A stretch of 64,000 nucleotides of DNA from Polyangiales bacterium (GCA_038231275.1 JBBRLQ010000002.1:597647-661646), one strand, 5' to 3'; positions 36,749-47,034 are shown, numbered from the stretch's first letter. Numbers and translations are program-made. The notes: generated by a model from the letters alone, not told the origin.

Positions 36749-37768
36749 TCACCAGTGCGGCGCCGCGCCCGCTTCGGCCATCGCATCGATCTCCGTCTGA
36801 CCGCCGTGCACGAACACCGCCTGCCCCGTCGGGCCGTACTTCCCGGCGATCTTGGCGCTCGCGTCGAGCGCGGCGCGGAGCTCCTTCGACACGACCCAAG
36901 GTTTCGACGGCGGGAGTGGCCCCCACTTGTCGCCCATCGTGTACTCCTGCGGAATCTCGTCGCCGTTCCAGTCGTACTCGAGGACGACCCAACGCGACGA
37001 AGCGCGCGGATCGGGCGCGGCCGGCTCGCCTCGCTCGTTGGTCACCGCGATCGTCGTGGGCATCGCGCCGGTGCGCATCGCGCTCACCAGGACCCCGTCC
37101 TTCCGCTGCGCGCCGTCCAGCGGCTTCCATTGAAGCGTGGGCGCGGTCCCCTCCTGCGCGAGCACGTTCTCGGCGCGCACCAGGACGCGCAGCGCCTTGG
37201 CGTCCTTCGTGAATCGCGTCACGGCGTAGCGCGGGAGCTTCGGCCACACGGACCCGTCGTCGGCGAGCGTGAGGGGCGTCTCGCACCGGACCTCGTCCCC
37301 GATCGTCTGGCTCCGCGTGACGAGCTTCATCTTGGACGTCCCCTTTGGCACCGCGCCGATCGCCACCACGTCGAGCGGTCCCGTGTACGCGGTCGTCCGG
37401 CCATGGAAGCGGTCGAGCGGCGCCCCCTTGGCGTCTGCCCGCACGAGCTGCATCTCCGTGTCGAAGCGCTCGCCCTTCTCGTCGGCGAAGCCCACCACGA
37501 TCCCCTCGCGCGCGCGCGTCGTGACGTACACCGCGGCGACGTCGGCCACCGCGCTCGGGACGAGGGTCGACTCGCCGCGAAATCGCCACGCGCGATGCAG
37601 CGTGACCTGATCGCACGCGAAGCCCCCGTCCGTCGCGGCGAGAGGGACCGTCGCAGGCGCGGCGTCCACCGGCAGCCCGTAGCTCTCGGCGATCGACGTG
37701 TCGCGTTTCTTGTCGCACGCGCTCGACATCAGCGAAAGGAGGCCCAGAGCGACCGCAGTCTGACGCAT
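36749..37768 (-). CDS. Hypothetical lipoprotein
   Basis: MRQTAVALGLLSLMSSAC lipobox; 339 aa. Confidence 0.7.
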   Translation of the reverse strand: MRQTAVALGLLSLMSSACDKKRDTSIAESYGLPVDAAPATVPLAATDGGFACDQVTLHRAWRFRGESTLVPSAVADVAAVYVTTRAREGIVVGFADEKGERFDTEMQLVRADAKGAPLDRFHGRTTAYTGPLDVVAIGAVPKGTSKMKLVTRSQTIGDEVRCETPLTLADDGSVWPKLPRYAVTRFTKDAKALRVLVRAENVLAQEGTAPTLQWKPLDGAQRKDGVLVSAMRTGAMPTTIAVTNERGEPAAPDPRASSRWVVLEYDWNGDEIPQEYTMGDKWGPLPPSKPWVVSKELRAALDASAKIAGKYGPTGQAVFVHGGQTEIDAMAEAGAAPHW

Positions 37769-37848
37769 CCTCGTATCCTAACGCCGGCAGCGCATCACGT
37801 TGAACCCGCCGTGGTGACACCACCGAAGGAAGGGCGCAGGTGCGCGCG

Positions 37849-38127
37849 TCAATCCTTGCCGTGACCTTTTCCGTGGCCACGCGGGGATGGACCGCCGGTC
37901 GGGGGAGCGGGCACGGGCGCGGGCGCGGGCGCGGGCGCGGGCGTCGCGACGGCAGGCGCGGATGGGCGTTGCGGCGCCGGTGCGGCCTTCGTCCGATCCG
38001 CGTAGCTCAGCCACGCCATCACTGCGGAGAAGATCCCGAAGGCGAGGGAGATGCTGATCCCGATCAGCCAGCGCCGATGATCGGCCGTATCTGGCTTAGG
38101 AGAAGGCGCATCGGCGTTGCTGTTCAT
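37849..38127 (-). CDS. Small membrane protein with Pro-Ala tail
   Basis: TM WLIGISISLAFGIFSAVMAWL; (PA)n tail. Confidence 0.6.
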   Translation of the reverse strand: MNSNADAPSPKPDTADHRRWLIGISISLAFGIFSAVMAWLSYADRTKAAPAPQRPSAPAVATPAPAPAPAPVPAPPTGGPSPRGHGKGHGKD

Positions 38128-38300
38128 CGGAAGACGCCAGGTGTTTCCGAATCAGACCACGACATCGCTGCGGGCGATCGTTCGGTGTTCCTTTGCTCGC
38201 GTTTGCTCGACGAATTCGCCTTCGTGCAGATCACCGCGTCGAGAGTATCCGAACGCCGGCCAGCGCGCGACCGGATCCAAGGTTCAATCCGGCACGCTGC

Positions 38301-38379
38301 TCCAGCCGAAAGCAGAGGAGCTCGAGGGAGATTTCGTGCGGCACCTGACCCGTGCAGCGTTTCGGCAGTGCGAGGTGAG
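38301..38379 (+). repeat. Mosaic of two copied gene fragments
   Basis: 38301-38347 is identical (47/47) to 29092-29138; 38349-38379 is 28/31 identical to the GNAT end at 36709-36739. Confidence 0.9.
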
Positions 38380-38421
38380 TCCGTGCGAGGGCGCGCCGGC
38401 CCCGCGGCGTTCCGCCGACGG

Positions 38422-38796
38422 CTAATCGTGGTGGCTGAGCGACAGCAGGTGACCCTCGGGGTCCTTGAACCACACCACCCGTGTGCCTGAAGGGGCCTTC
38501 CAGATTCCCAGATCGTCCTGAACCATGCCCGGGAAGCGCTCGAACGTCACGCCGCGATCCATCAGCGAGCGGACCGTGGTCTCCATGTTCTCGACGTCCC
38601 AACCGAGCGCGGTGAACGGATGCGGCGTGACTTCCTTCACGACCTGGATTCGAATCTTCGTGCCGTTCGCGCCGTAAACCAGTGCCACCGGGTCTGAGTG
38701 GATGAGAGGAAGGCCGAGCGTGGTGCCGTAGAAGGCCTTCGCCCTTTCGACGTCTCGCGTGGAGATGAAGGCTACGAGTCTCTGGTTCGAAAGCAT
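38422..38796 (-). CDS. VOC/glyoxalase family protein
   Basis: DVERAKAFYGTTLGL...VVWFKDPEGHLLSL. Confidence 0.9.
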   Translation of the reverse strand: MLSNQRLVAFISTRDVERAKAFYGTTLGLPLIHSDPVALVYGANGTKIRIQVVKEVTPHPFTALGWDVENMETTVRSLMDRGVTFERFPGMVQDDLGIWKAPSGTRVVWFKDPEGHLLSLSHHD

Positions 38797-38967
38797 CGCC
38801 GCGAGGTTACGTCACGAATGCTCACGCAGGCAACGGAACCCCGTAGAGCTCCGGCGCGATCCGAAGCCCGCAACAGAAGTAGGCGACGGTTCTGTAGAAG
38901 CCGGCCAGGGCGATCAGGGCGTCACCCATCCGCGGCCGCATGGACCCTTTCGTGCATCCCGTGGCGC

Positions 38968-39141
38968 ATGTCGTTCGGAATCTACGTCGGCGGACTCCTG
39001 CTCGTCATCGGCGGTCTCGTGTACGGAGCTGCAATTCTCCACGCGCCGACCCATTGGATCGTCGTCGGTGCACTCGTCCTTCTCGGATTCGGAGTCCTGG
39101 CGGCCGTCAAAGCGACACGCCAAAAAGACTCACCGAGCTGA
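38968..39141 (+). CDS. Small two-TM membrane protein
   Basis: MSFGIYVGGLLLVIGGLVYGA...WIVVGALVLLGFGVL...TRQKD. Confidence 0.8.
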   Translation: MSFGIYVGGLLLVIGGLVYGAAILHAPTHWIVVGALVLLGFGVLAAVKATRQKDSPS

Positions 39142-39227
39142 ACGCGTGGCGGTCCTGCTCTGCGTCCGTCGCGCGGACGATGTCGGTGGCGTCGGACCCG
39201 TGGACACACACGGTCTCTCCGGTGACC

Positions 39228-40064
39228 ATGACCACCATGTTGGCACCACGCCCCATCCTCGCTCCGGAAGACGTTTGGCGAGCGTATGACCCGATGGAGG
39301 CGCGCCTGACCGCGCCCCTCACGGAGCGGATGCTCGATCTCGCGCGGGTCGGCCTCGGAATGCGGGTCCTCGACTTGGCGAGCGGCCGCGGTGAGCCCGC
39401 GATTTCCGCCGCACATCGGGTGGGACCGCGCGGAAGCGTCTTCGGCGTCGACGTCTCGTCGAGCATGCTCGCGATGGCCGCCGAGCGCGCGACGCGTGAG
39501 GGGCTTTCCAACCTCGAGCTCCACGCGACGGACGCCGCTTCTGCCACCGACCTCCCGCCCGCCCACTTCCACGCAGCCCTCGCGCGCTGGGGGCTCATGT
39601 ACATGGACGCGCCGGTCGCGGCCCTCACCCACGCGTGTCGCGCGCTATTGCCTCGAGGCCTGTTGGTCGCGGCGGTGTGGGTCGAGCCGGCGCGGGTGCA
39701 CTACTTTTCATGGCCTCGGCGGCTGCTCGAAACGTATCGATCGCTCCCGCCGATCGACTTCGACGCGCCCGGAACGTTCTATTACGCAGATCGCGACCGG
39801 CTGCACCGCGACCTCCGCGCCGCGGGATTCCATGTGGAGCACACCGAGGAGTTGGAGGTCCCCGTCGTCGAAGTGGACACCCCCGCCGAGCTCCTCGCCT
39901 GGACGCGCGCGTTCGGGCTCACGCGCCTTTTGAACGATCTCTCCGATCGAGACCAGCGCGCGTGGGAGGAGGATCTGACCGCGGCAGCGGAATCGCTACG
40001 GAGCGAGCATGGAATCCGCCTCGGCGGCGTCACGCGGATCGTCGTCGCCAGCGGCCGAGCTTGA
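39228..40064 (+). CDS. Class I SAM-dependent methyltransferase
   Basis: VLDLASGRGEP, GVDVSSSML, RWGLMY. Confidence 0.9.
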   Translation: MTTMLAPRPILAPEDVWRAYDPMEARLTAPLTERMLDLARVGLGMRVLDLASGRGEPAISAAHRVGPRGSVFGVDVSSSMLAMAAERATREGLSNLELHATDAASATDLPPAHFHAALARWGLMYMDAPVAALTHACRALLPRGLLVAAVWVEPARVHYFSWPRRLLETYRSLPPIDFDAPGTFYYADRDRLHRDLRAAGFHVEHTEELEVPVVEVDTPAELLAWTRAFGLTRLLNDLSDRDQRAWEEDLTAAAESLRSEHGIRLGGVTRIVVASGRA

Positions 40065-40097
40065 CCGCCGCGGGCAGAGCGACCGGCGGCCTTTTTT
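40065..40097 (+). terminator. Possible intrinsic terminator
   Basis: CCGCCG...CGGCGG stem followed by a T6 tract directly after the stop codon; the loop is long. Confidence 0.45.
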
Positions 40098-40270
40098 GCC
40101 CTACGAGCGCGGAACGGCGTTACGTTCATCACGCTTTCCTTCGCCGACACTCAAACGGTCACGGGAAGTCGACGGCGCGCAACCTGCCCACCGCGTGGGG
40201 AGCGACGCGGCGCCGCGACCCCGCGACGGATGGAGCCCTAGCGCCGTCGCCCACCGACCGAGGAGACACC

Positions 40271-40537
40271 TTGACACTAGAAACCATGCTGTTGTGGGCC
40301 GTCGTTGGACTCTTCGCCGGGTGGTTGGCCTCGGTGGTCGTTGGAGGCAGCCTCGGCGTGCTTGGCGACATCATCGTCGGTATCGTCGGCTCGTTCCTCG
40401 GTGGGCTCATCTTTCACGCGCTGCACATCAACGCCCCCTTCACGGGGCTGGCACAGACCATCTTCGTGGCGTTCTGCGGGGCGGTCGTGCTGCTGCTCAT
40501 CTTCAGGCTGCTTCGTCGCCATAAGAGCTGGCGCTGA
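40271..40537 (+). CDS. GlsB/YeaQ/YmgE (transglycosylase-associated) membrane protein
   Basis: AGGAG RBS plus TTG; VVGLFAGWLA...DIIVGIVGSFLGG...GAVVLL. Confidence 0.9.
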   Translation: MTLETMLLWAVVGLFAGWLASVVVGGSLGVLGDIIVGIVGSFLGGLIFHALHINAPFTGLAQTIFVAFCGAVVLLLIFRLLRRHKSWR

Positions 40538-40655
40538 CTTTTTTCGCGGGGGCCTGATGCCGCGACTGCTGGCTGGATCGACTCCCTCGTAATCGCCCCG
40601 ATTGCGGGAGAGCAAAGGCCCGCGCGCGGCTCGGATGGTGCTAGACCGCGAGAGC

Positions 40656-41873
40656 ATGCCCGTGCACCGTCGTCGCGCTCTGACCCCCCTCACCACCGCG
40701 CTCGTACTCGCGCTCTTCGCGTGCGGGGGCGAGCCGCCTACCTCGGCGCCGCAACTCCGCGAAGCCTCGCTGAATCTCGCGGGGGAGCGTGGCAATGCGG
40801 ACGACGACGAGGACGCGCCGGGGCCGGTTTACCAATATCCGGGCCAGTTCCCGTCGCTGCAAGACGCGGTCGACGCGGCGCCGCGTGGTGCGACGATCCA
40901 GATCGCGGCGGGCAGGTACTACGAGCAGGTCCACGTGTTCGGCAAGCGCCTGACGCTCGCGGGGGCGGGGCGTGGCCAGACGACGTTCGACGGGAGCAAC
41001 CTCTCGGGAGCCCTCGTCGTCATCGGCGGGTCGGCGAACCTCACCTTGCGCGATCTCTCGCTCTCCAGCGCCGCGGACGCGCTCGTCGGCGGTGGCCCCA
41101 ACGGTGGCACGCCCCCGAGCCTGCGCGCCACGCGCGTCGGCGTCGACCATGCGGTGCGCGGCATCGGCGGAACGTTCTCGCGCCTCGTGCTGAACGACGT
41201 CGTCCTCCGTGGCATCGCGTTCGCGCCCCTCGACGTCATCGATACCCCCATCAGCGTGTTCCGACACCTGACCGCCGACGCGACCGGCTCGACCGGCTCG
41301 ATCATCTACAACACGCACAAGCCGGCGCCGGTCTGCGCGATCCGGATCACCGACTCCGAGTTCATCGGTGGGGAGCTCGGAGGCCTCATGGTCGTCGGCG
41401 GGGCGTGCCCCGTGTTCATGCAAGACGTACGCGTGCACGACGCCGCGATCGCCGGCATCGGCCTGTTCAACGTGAGCGGGGGCCGCCTGCTACGCACCAC
41501 CGTCGAGCGAACGCGCGCCGACGCCACGGGCAGGTGGGGCGACGGCATCATCGTCTGGGGCACGGTCATGGACATTTTCGACCCGACGCTGAGCGATAAC
41601 GCGCGCGAAGGGCTCACCGAGTTCGGCTGCGACGTCGCCGGCGCGATCTCCAGCGTGCGGCTCAGCGGCGGCTCGTTTTCGTGCAACAGGGGCGGCGACA
41701 TCGACGTCGAGCAGGCTGACCTCGACAAGGGCGGGGCGCCCTGCGGCCCCGGCTCCGCGACGCTCAACGACGAAGGCCTGAACACGTGCCTCGCGTGCGG
41801 CTCCACGACTCCCACCCACTGCGTCGCTCAGTCCTCGCGCATCGACCCTCCCGCAACTCCGCCGGAACGTTGA
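40656..41873 (+). CDS. Secreted lipoprotein with right-handed parallel beta-helix (pectin-lyase-like) fold
   Basis: Lipobox LFAC; FPSLQDAVDAAPRGATIQIAAGRYYE N-cap; GDGI repeats. Confidence 0.8.
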   Translation: MPVHRRRALTPLTTALVLALFACGGEPPTSAPQLREASLNLAGERGNADDDEDAPGPVYQYPGQFPSLQDAVDAAPRGATIQIAAGRYYEQVHVFGKRLTLAGAGRGQTTFDGSNLSGALVVIGGSANLTLRDLSLSSAADALVGGGPNGGTPPSLRATRVGVDHAVRGIGGTFSRLVLNDVVLRGIAFAPLDVIDTPISVFRHLTADATGSTGSIIYNTHKPAPVCAIRITDSEFIGGELGGLMVVGGACPVFMQDVRVHDAAIAGIGLFNVSGGRLLRTTVERTRADATGRWGDGIIVWGTVMDIFDPTLSDNAREGLTEFGCDVAGAISSVRLSGGSFSCNRGGDIDVEQADLDKGGAPCGPGSATLNDEGLNTCLACGSTTPTHCVAQSSRIDPPATPPER

Positions 41874-42060
41874 AGCCCCGCCGGTCGTCCGATGTTCGCG
41901 CGTGGACTCCCACGCCAAGCCCGGAGCCGTATCGAGCTCGTCACGGTGACAAAGGGCCGATCCGTTCCGGAACCGAGCCTTCTTCGTGTGTGCTGGATCG
42001 ACGTGTCGTCATCCAGCGAGAGTTGCGCGGGGGTGCTACGCGCGCTGGAACACGATGCGC

Positions 42061-44154
42061 TCAGAGCAACTGCGCAATCTCGGCTGCGGCGCGGGCGGCG
42101 CCGCGCACCTCCACTGCCGCGTTGACTACAGGCCTCGCGATCTCCGCGACGATCGCGGCGGCGATCTCAGAGGGCCCCGAGAGCTGGAAATCCATGCAGC
42201 GGCCAGCGCCCAGTTGCTCGAGCCGGTGACGCACGTGGAAGTTCTGCTCGAAGTGGTGGCGAAGTGGGAAATAGAGGAACGGACGCCGATTTGCAGTTAG
42301 CTCCATCGTCGTCGTCAGGCCTCCCTGCACAACGGCGAGATCGCACGCCGCGAGATGCCGATACAGCTGATCGACGTACGGGCGCAGCTCGAGGCCCGGC
42401 TTCGGTGTCGCGAGGAGCGAAGCGGGGTCGATGCGCGGCCCGGCAACGACGACCATTCTCAGCGCCGGTAGCTGTCGCTTCGCCTCGGGGAACGCCGCGA
42501 TGACGCGCTCGAGGAGCGAGCGACCGACACCCGTACCGCCGACCGTGACGATGCAAACCTGCTCGTCGGGTCGATAGCCGAGCTCCGCACGTAAGCCCGC
42601 GCGATCGGCGAAGGTGGCAGGATCGAAGCCGGTCACGTAACCGGAGAAGCGGTAGTGCTCCTCCGTCCAGGCACGGATCTCCGGCAGCCCGTCGCCGAAG
42701 CGGTCGGGCACGATGTCCGCCGGCTCACCGACGAAGATCGCGCGATCACGTACGCGTGGGTGGCGCGCGATCTGCGCGATCATCTCGGCGTTGTAGTCGG
42801 CCGTGAGCGCCCTCTCGTGAGCGCCGCCGTCGGGCATCGGGAGCCAGCCGACGAAGTCCGTGAGCCATGCGTAGGGAGCGCGCTTCTCCTCGGGGTTCTC
42901 GTGGAGGAAGTAATCGACTTCCCAGGCTTCATCACCAATCCACAGATCGTACCGGTCGTCCCGGATTGCGTCGTGAAACACCATGAAGTTGGCGACCATG
43001 ATTTCGTCCATTCGCCGCCATGCTTGGAAACAGTGAAGATCGTGTTCGGACGCCTCGCTCTCCATGTGGGCCGAATCGCTCGCGAGGAATTTGCTCGCCG
43101 GATGAATGCGCTCTTTGCGCGCCTCGAGGACCCGCGTGACCGGGCTCTGCGCGAGCCAGTCGATCTCGAGACCGGGGTGGAGCTTGCGGAGCTCGTCCGC
43201 GATCGCGATGTCGCGTTGCGCATGACCGAGACCGATCGGCGAAGAGACGAAGAGCGCTCGCTTCTTCCGCGCCGCCGCCCGCGGCCAGCGAGCGGCAGGT
43301 GGACGCGGCGCCGCGAAGTCGCGCAGGAGTAGATTCACTTTCACCGGATCGCGCGCGTAGGGGCCGTGCCCCGCGCCTTCCAGCGTCACGAGCTGCCCGT
43401 GGGTCGCCTCCGCGGTTGCCGCGCCGCGCGCGAGAGGCACGAGCGAGTCCTCGTCGCCGTGGATCACCAGCACCGGTCCCGGCACGCGCCCGCACAGCTC
43501 GCGCACCTGATCGACCGACAACGCGGGGGCTTCGAGCGTGGCGATGAGCGTCTCCGGAGTCGTCTCCAGCGCCCAGCCGATGCAGTCCTCGATCTGCTTG
43601 GTCGAGTGCGGCTCGGTGAAGAGATGCCCGAAGAAGAACTCGAGGAAGCCGCGGAAGTCGGCAACCCATGAGTGACGGTTGAACTTGTGCCAGCCCTCGT
43701 TGTCCGGGTGATGAGCGTTGAAGTTGATATCGCGCCCGGCATGACGCGGTGCGAGTGGCAACGACGGTGCGATGAAGACCGACCCTTCGACGCGCTCCGG
43801 ATGCTCGCCCGCAAGAATGAGGTGCCAGTACGAACCCGACGAGTGCGAGACGACGGTGGCGCGCTCCGCTCCTACCGCGTCGAGAACAGCGAGGGCATCG
43901 GCGGCGAATTCGCGGTCGTCGTACTTGGCGGCTTCTGCAGGGCGATCCGAGCGGCCGTTGCCTCGACCGTCGATCGTCACCACACGCATGTGACGCGCCA
44001 AGTACGGTACCTGCGCCTTCCACATACGAGAGTGGCCGATCGACCACGACGGCAAGAAGAGCAGCGTGCGCGGTCCTTTGCCGAACACTTCGTATCCGAC
44101 CTTGACGCCGCCCCTCTCGATGAATCCCTGCTCGTCCGGTTCTCTTGCTCTCAT
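42061..44154 (-). CDS. Alpha/beta hydrolase fused to a GT-B (GT28-like) glycosyltransferase domain
   Basis: DGRGNGRSDRP, SHSSG, IHGDEDSLV, GAGHGP; then SPIGLGHAQRD, VTVGGTGVG, DLAVVQGGLTTTME, HFEQ. Confidence 0.85.
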   Translation of the reverse strand: MRAREPDEQGFIERGGVKVGYEVFGKGPRTLLFLPSWSIGHSRMWKAQVPYLARHMRVVTIDGRGNGRSDRPAEAAKYDDREFAADALAVLDAVGAERATVVSHSSGSYWHLILAGEHPERVEGSVFIAPSLPLAPRHAGRDINFNAHHPDNEGWHKFNRHSWVADFRGFLEFFFGHLFTEPHSTKQIEDCIGWALETTPETLIATLEAPALSVDQVRELCGRVPGPVLVIHGDEDSLVPLARGAATAEATHGQLVTLEGAGHGPYARDPVKVNLLLRDFAAPRPPAARWPRAAARKKRALFVSSPIGLGHAQRDIAIADELRKLHPGLEIDWLAQSPVTRVLEARKERIHPASKFLASDSAHMESEASEHDLHCFQAWRRMDEIMVANFMVFHDAIRDDRYDLWIGDEAWEVDYFLHENPEEKRAPYAWLTDFVGWLPMPDGGAHERALTADYNAEMIAQIARHPRVRDRAIFVGEPADIVPDRFGDGLPEIRAWTEEHYRFSGYVTGFDPATFADRAGLRAELGYRPDEQVCIVTVGGTGVGRSLLERVIAAFPEAKRQLPALRMVVVAGPRIDPASLLATPKPGLELRPYVDQLYRHLAACDLAVVQGGLTTTMELTANRRPFLYFPLRHHFEQNFHVRHRLEQLGAGRCMDFQLSGPSEIAAAIVAEIARPVVNAAVEVRGAARAAAEIAQLL

Positions 44155-44804
44155 CGCCCCTCCGCTTCTCGTTCGAGTGTCACCAGCCAGCCATCGATGG
44201 CTCGCAACAGTGCCGTGTGCCCGTGGCTGATTCCAGAAAGTCTCTCGAGCATGATCCCCTGGTTGAAGGTTGCGACGAGCGCGACCATCGCCTCGACGCG
44301 CAACGGACCATCCGCGATCCCGTAGCGATCCATCGCCTGACCGAACGCTTCCGTGAGTACGGTGACCCACTCCTTGTGCACGGCCTTGATGCGCGCCCGC
44401 ATGGCTGGCCGGTTCCACCCCATGGCCTGGAGCTCGAACCAGACCTTCGGATACCCGGCGGCGAGGTCGTCTTCGAGAAACCCCATCGCCTTGCGCCACT
44501 TGACGACGAAGGTGGTGTTGGCGGCGTACATCGCACGCTGGCGCACGATGAGCCGCGCCGTGAAGCGCTCGAGCACTGCGAGAAAGAGCTCCTCCATTGC
44601 CCCGTAGTAGTAGTGAACGAGGCCCTGGTTCAGACCTGCCTCTTTGCTCAGGAGGCGCGTGGTGATGGCACCGTAGCCAACCTCGATGAGAAGACGCTCG
44701 GCCGCGTCGAGCAGCCGCGAACGAGGATCGCTCTGTTGCGACTCCGCGGGTGACGCGGCCCGTTTCGCTTCACTACGCTTCCGTCGTTCTCGCGTGATGG
44801 CCAT
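44151..44804 (-). CDS. TetR/AcrR family regulator
   Basis: RLLDAAERLL...ITTRLLSKEAGLNQGLVHYYYG. Confidence 0.92.
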   Translation of the reverse strand: MAITRERRKRSEAKRAASPAESQQSDPRSRLLDAAERLLIEVGYGAITTRLLSKEAGLNQGLVHYYYGAMEELFLAVLERFTARLIVRQRAMYAANTTFVVKWRKAMGFLEDDLAAGYPKVWFELQAMGWNRPAMRARIKAVHKEWVTVLTEAFGQAMDRYGIADGPLRVEAMVALVATFNQGIMLERLSGISHGHTALLRAIDGWLVTLEREAEGR

Positions 44805-44875
44805 CCAAGCTAAATCACCTACCCCACCTCGATCCCGTCGTCAGTAGAACACGCCGGCCGTGCACCGCGTACGCG

Positions 44876-45934
44876 TCATGGGCGTGCTTCGAGCACGAGG
44901 TTGAATGCCGTCTGCGTCGCCCGACGGAAGCGCTTGAAGCCGCCTTGATCGACGACGACCTCGCGGAGGCGTGTCTCCCCAGCTTGTGCGCCGAGCCCGG
45001 GCCCCTGGTGCGCGAGCGAGTGCGGGACGCAGAGGAGCGTCGACGCGGAATAGAAGACGCGGCCAACCGGGTTGTGGTTCTCCTCCACTTTGTCGCTCGC
45101 GAACGGCTCGACGATGAGCCACGTGCCGTCCTTCGCGAGCGTCTTGCGCGCGTGCTTGGCGGCGCCCGCGGGGTCCTCCATGTCGTGAAGGCAGTCGAAG
45201 TGCGCGACGAGATCGTAGTTGGTCCCGGGGTAGTCCGTCGATTGGGCGACGCGGAAGGTCACGCGATCGGCGACACCGGCTTCCTTCGCGCGCTTGCTTG
45301 CAATGTCGATCGAGCCTTGGTGGTAGTCGAAGCCGTGGAAGGTCGACCTTGGGAATGCTTTGGCCATCAGAATGGTCGACGCACCGCATCCGCATCCGAC
45401 GTCCGCGACCTTCGCCCCCGCCTTCAGCTTCGCCTCCACCCCCTCGAGCGCCGGGATCCAAGAGCTGATGAGATTGCCGATGTAGCCGGCGCGGAAGAAG
45501 CGCTCGGTCCCCTCGAAGAGGCAAGGATGCTGGTGCCCCCACTCGAGCCCCCCGCCGGTACGGAAGTTTTCTTCCATCTTGTCGAGCGCACTCCACATCG
45601 CACGGGCGATCTGAAACGCACCCGCGACGGAGGCGGGGCTCTCGTCGTCGGCGAACGCGAACGCTTGCTCGGGGGGCAAGGTATAGCGACCCGTCGTCGG
45701 CTCGTACGTGACGTACCCAGACGCAGCTTGCGCGCCGAGCCACTCGCGAACGTAGCGCTCGTTCGTCTCCGTCCGCTTCGCGAGGTCGGCGGACGTCACG
45801 GGCCCGAGCGCGGCCATCGCCTTGTACAGGCCGAGCCGGTCGCCGAGAACGAGGAGCGCGCTGCTCATCGTCACGCCGAGGTCGCCCACGATTTTCCCCA
45901 TGAACGCGTTCAACTTCGTCTCGTCGATCGGCAT
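44876..45934 (-). CDS. Class I SAM methyltransferase with N-terminal winged helix (Rv2258c-like)
   Basis: LGDRLGLYKAM, ERYVREWL, VADVGCGCG, FDCLHDM, GLGAQAG. Confidence 0.9.
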   Translation of the reverse strand: MPIDETKLNAFMGKIVGDLGVTMSSALLVLGDRLGLYKAMAALGPVTSADLAKRTETNERYVREWLGAQAASGYVTYEPTTGRYTLPPEQAFAFADDESPASVAGAFQIARAMWSALDKMEENFRTGGGLEWGHQHPCLFEGTERFFRAGYIGNLISSWIPALEGVEAKLKAGAKVADVGCGCGASTILMAKAFPRSTFHGFDYHQGSIDIASKRAKEAGVADRVTFRVAQSTDYPGTNYDLVAHFDCLHDMEDPAGAAKHARKTLAKDGTWLIVEPFASDKVEENHNPVGRVFYSASTLLCVPHSLAHQGPGLGAQAGETRLREVVVDQGGFKRFRRATQTAFNLVLEARP

Positions 45935-45974
45935 CTCGTGCTCCTTCGCCTGGTCGCCAGGCTGGTTGAGTCGT

Positions 45975-46032
45975 GTTTAGTCATATGACTTAGTCGAATG
46001 ACTAAACTGACCGATGGTGTTCGCCTTGTCAA
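45975..46032 (-). promoter_or_regulatory. Tandem palindromic operator (probably TetR) and -35 element
   Basis: GTTTAGTCAT-N13-ATGACTAAAC at 45975-46007, made of overlapping AGTC-N4-GACT sites; TTGACA at 46032-46027. Confidence 0.75.
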
Positions 46033-46143
46033 GCGTTGTTGTCCTCGTACCGTCAGGGCGGCGAGGGGCGTGCTCTCGGACGTGTAACGCGAAGGAGCAC
46101 GCGCCCCTGCACGACAGTGGGGGCGGAGTATCCTCTGGATGCG

Positions 46144-47034
46144 ATGACTCTTCTGCGACTCGCGAGCGCCTCGGAAGGCCGCGCGATCCTCGCGGCGGAG
46201 GACGACTTCACGCGCGCGCTCGGCGGCTTCGACCGCTCCTTCCGAATGCGCACGACCGCGCCGGTCGAGGACGCGGAGCTCCGGCGATTCCTCGGCGAGC
46301 AGGCGGTCGACTTCACCGCCGAGGAGGCGGCGGCGTGGGAGGAGGCACTCACCGCGGTCGCGGAGGGCGCGCGGGGAATGAGCGCCGTCCTCCCGCAGGA
46401 GGTGCTCGTCGTGAAGACGACCGGCCGCGAGGAGCGCGACCACGCCTATACGCGGGCGAACGCGATCGTCCTGCCGACATCGCGTGTTCAGAGACTCCGA
46501 GGCGAGCGCGCGCTCCGCCTCCTCGCTCACGAGCTGTTCCACGTCGCGTCACGTTCGTCGCCCGCGCTGCGCGACGCGACCTACGCGCTCCTTGGGTTCG
46601 TGCCGATCGGGCCCATCCCACCGCCGCCGGAGCTCGACGGGTGCCGGATGACGAACCCCGATGCCCACGGGCTCGGCCACTACGTGCGGCTCGGAGAGCG
46701 CGCCGTCGTCCCCCTCCTCACCTGCCCGCTGCCGCTCGCCGAGGTGCTCGAGCGAACGTCGGTGCTCGGCGTCGTGCGCGCGACGCTGCTCGAGATCGAT
46801 GCGGACGCGGGGACGGTCGTGCGCGACGCCGGCGGCGCACCCGTTCTCATCGATCCGCACGCGACGGACTGGTCCGAACGGCTCGCGCGAAATTCGACGT
46901 ACACCATCCACCCCGAGGAGGTCCTCGCCGACAACCTCGCCCTCCTCGTCCGCCGCCGCCTCGGCGTCGGGCCGCCACCGGCCGACTCCGCCTTCCTCGC
47001 CGCGTTCGAACAGGCGCTCGCGAACCACCCATGA
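46144..47034 (+). CDS. Hypothetical protein with HExxH zinc-metallopeptidase-like motif
   Basis: AYTRANAIVLP, LLAHELFHV, TNPDA, YTIHPEEVLADN. Confidence 0.7.
   Translation: MTLLRLASASEGRAILAAEDDFTRALGGFDRSFRMRTTAPVEDAELRRFLGEQAVDFTAEEAAAWEEALTAVAEGARGMSAVLPQEVLVVKTTGREERDHAYTRANAIVLPTSRVQRLRGERALRLLAHELFHVASRSSPALRDATYALLGFVPIGPIPPPPELDGCRMTNPDAHGLGHYVRLGERAVVPLLTCPLPLAEVLERTSVLGVVRATLLEIDADAGTVVRDAGGAPVLIDPHATDWSERLARNSTYTIHPEEVLADNLALLVRRRLGVGPPPADSAFLAAFEQALANHP

Noticed and set aside
37915-37943. (GGGCGC)n microsatellite as a phase-variation tract
   Set aside because: In-frame hexamer encoding an ordinary Pro-Ala linker.
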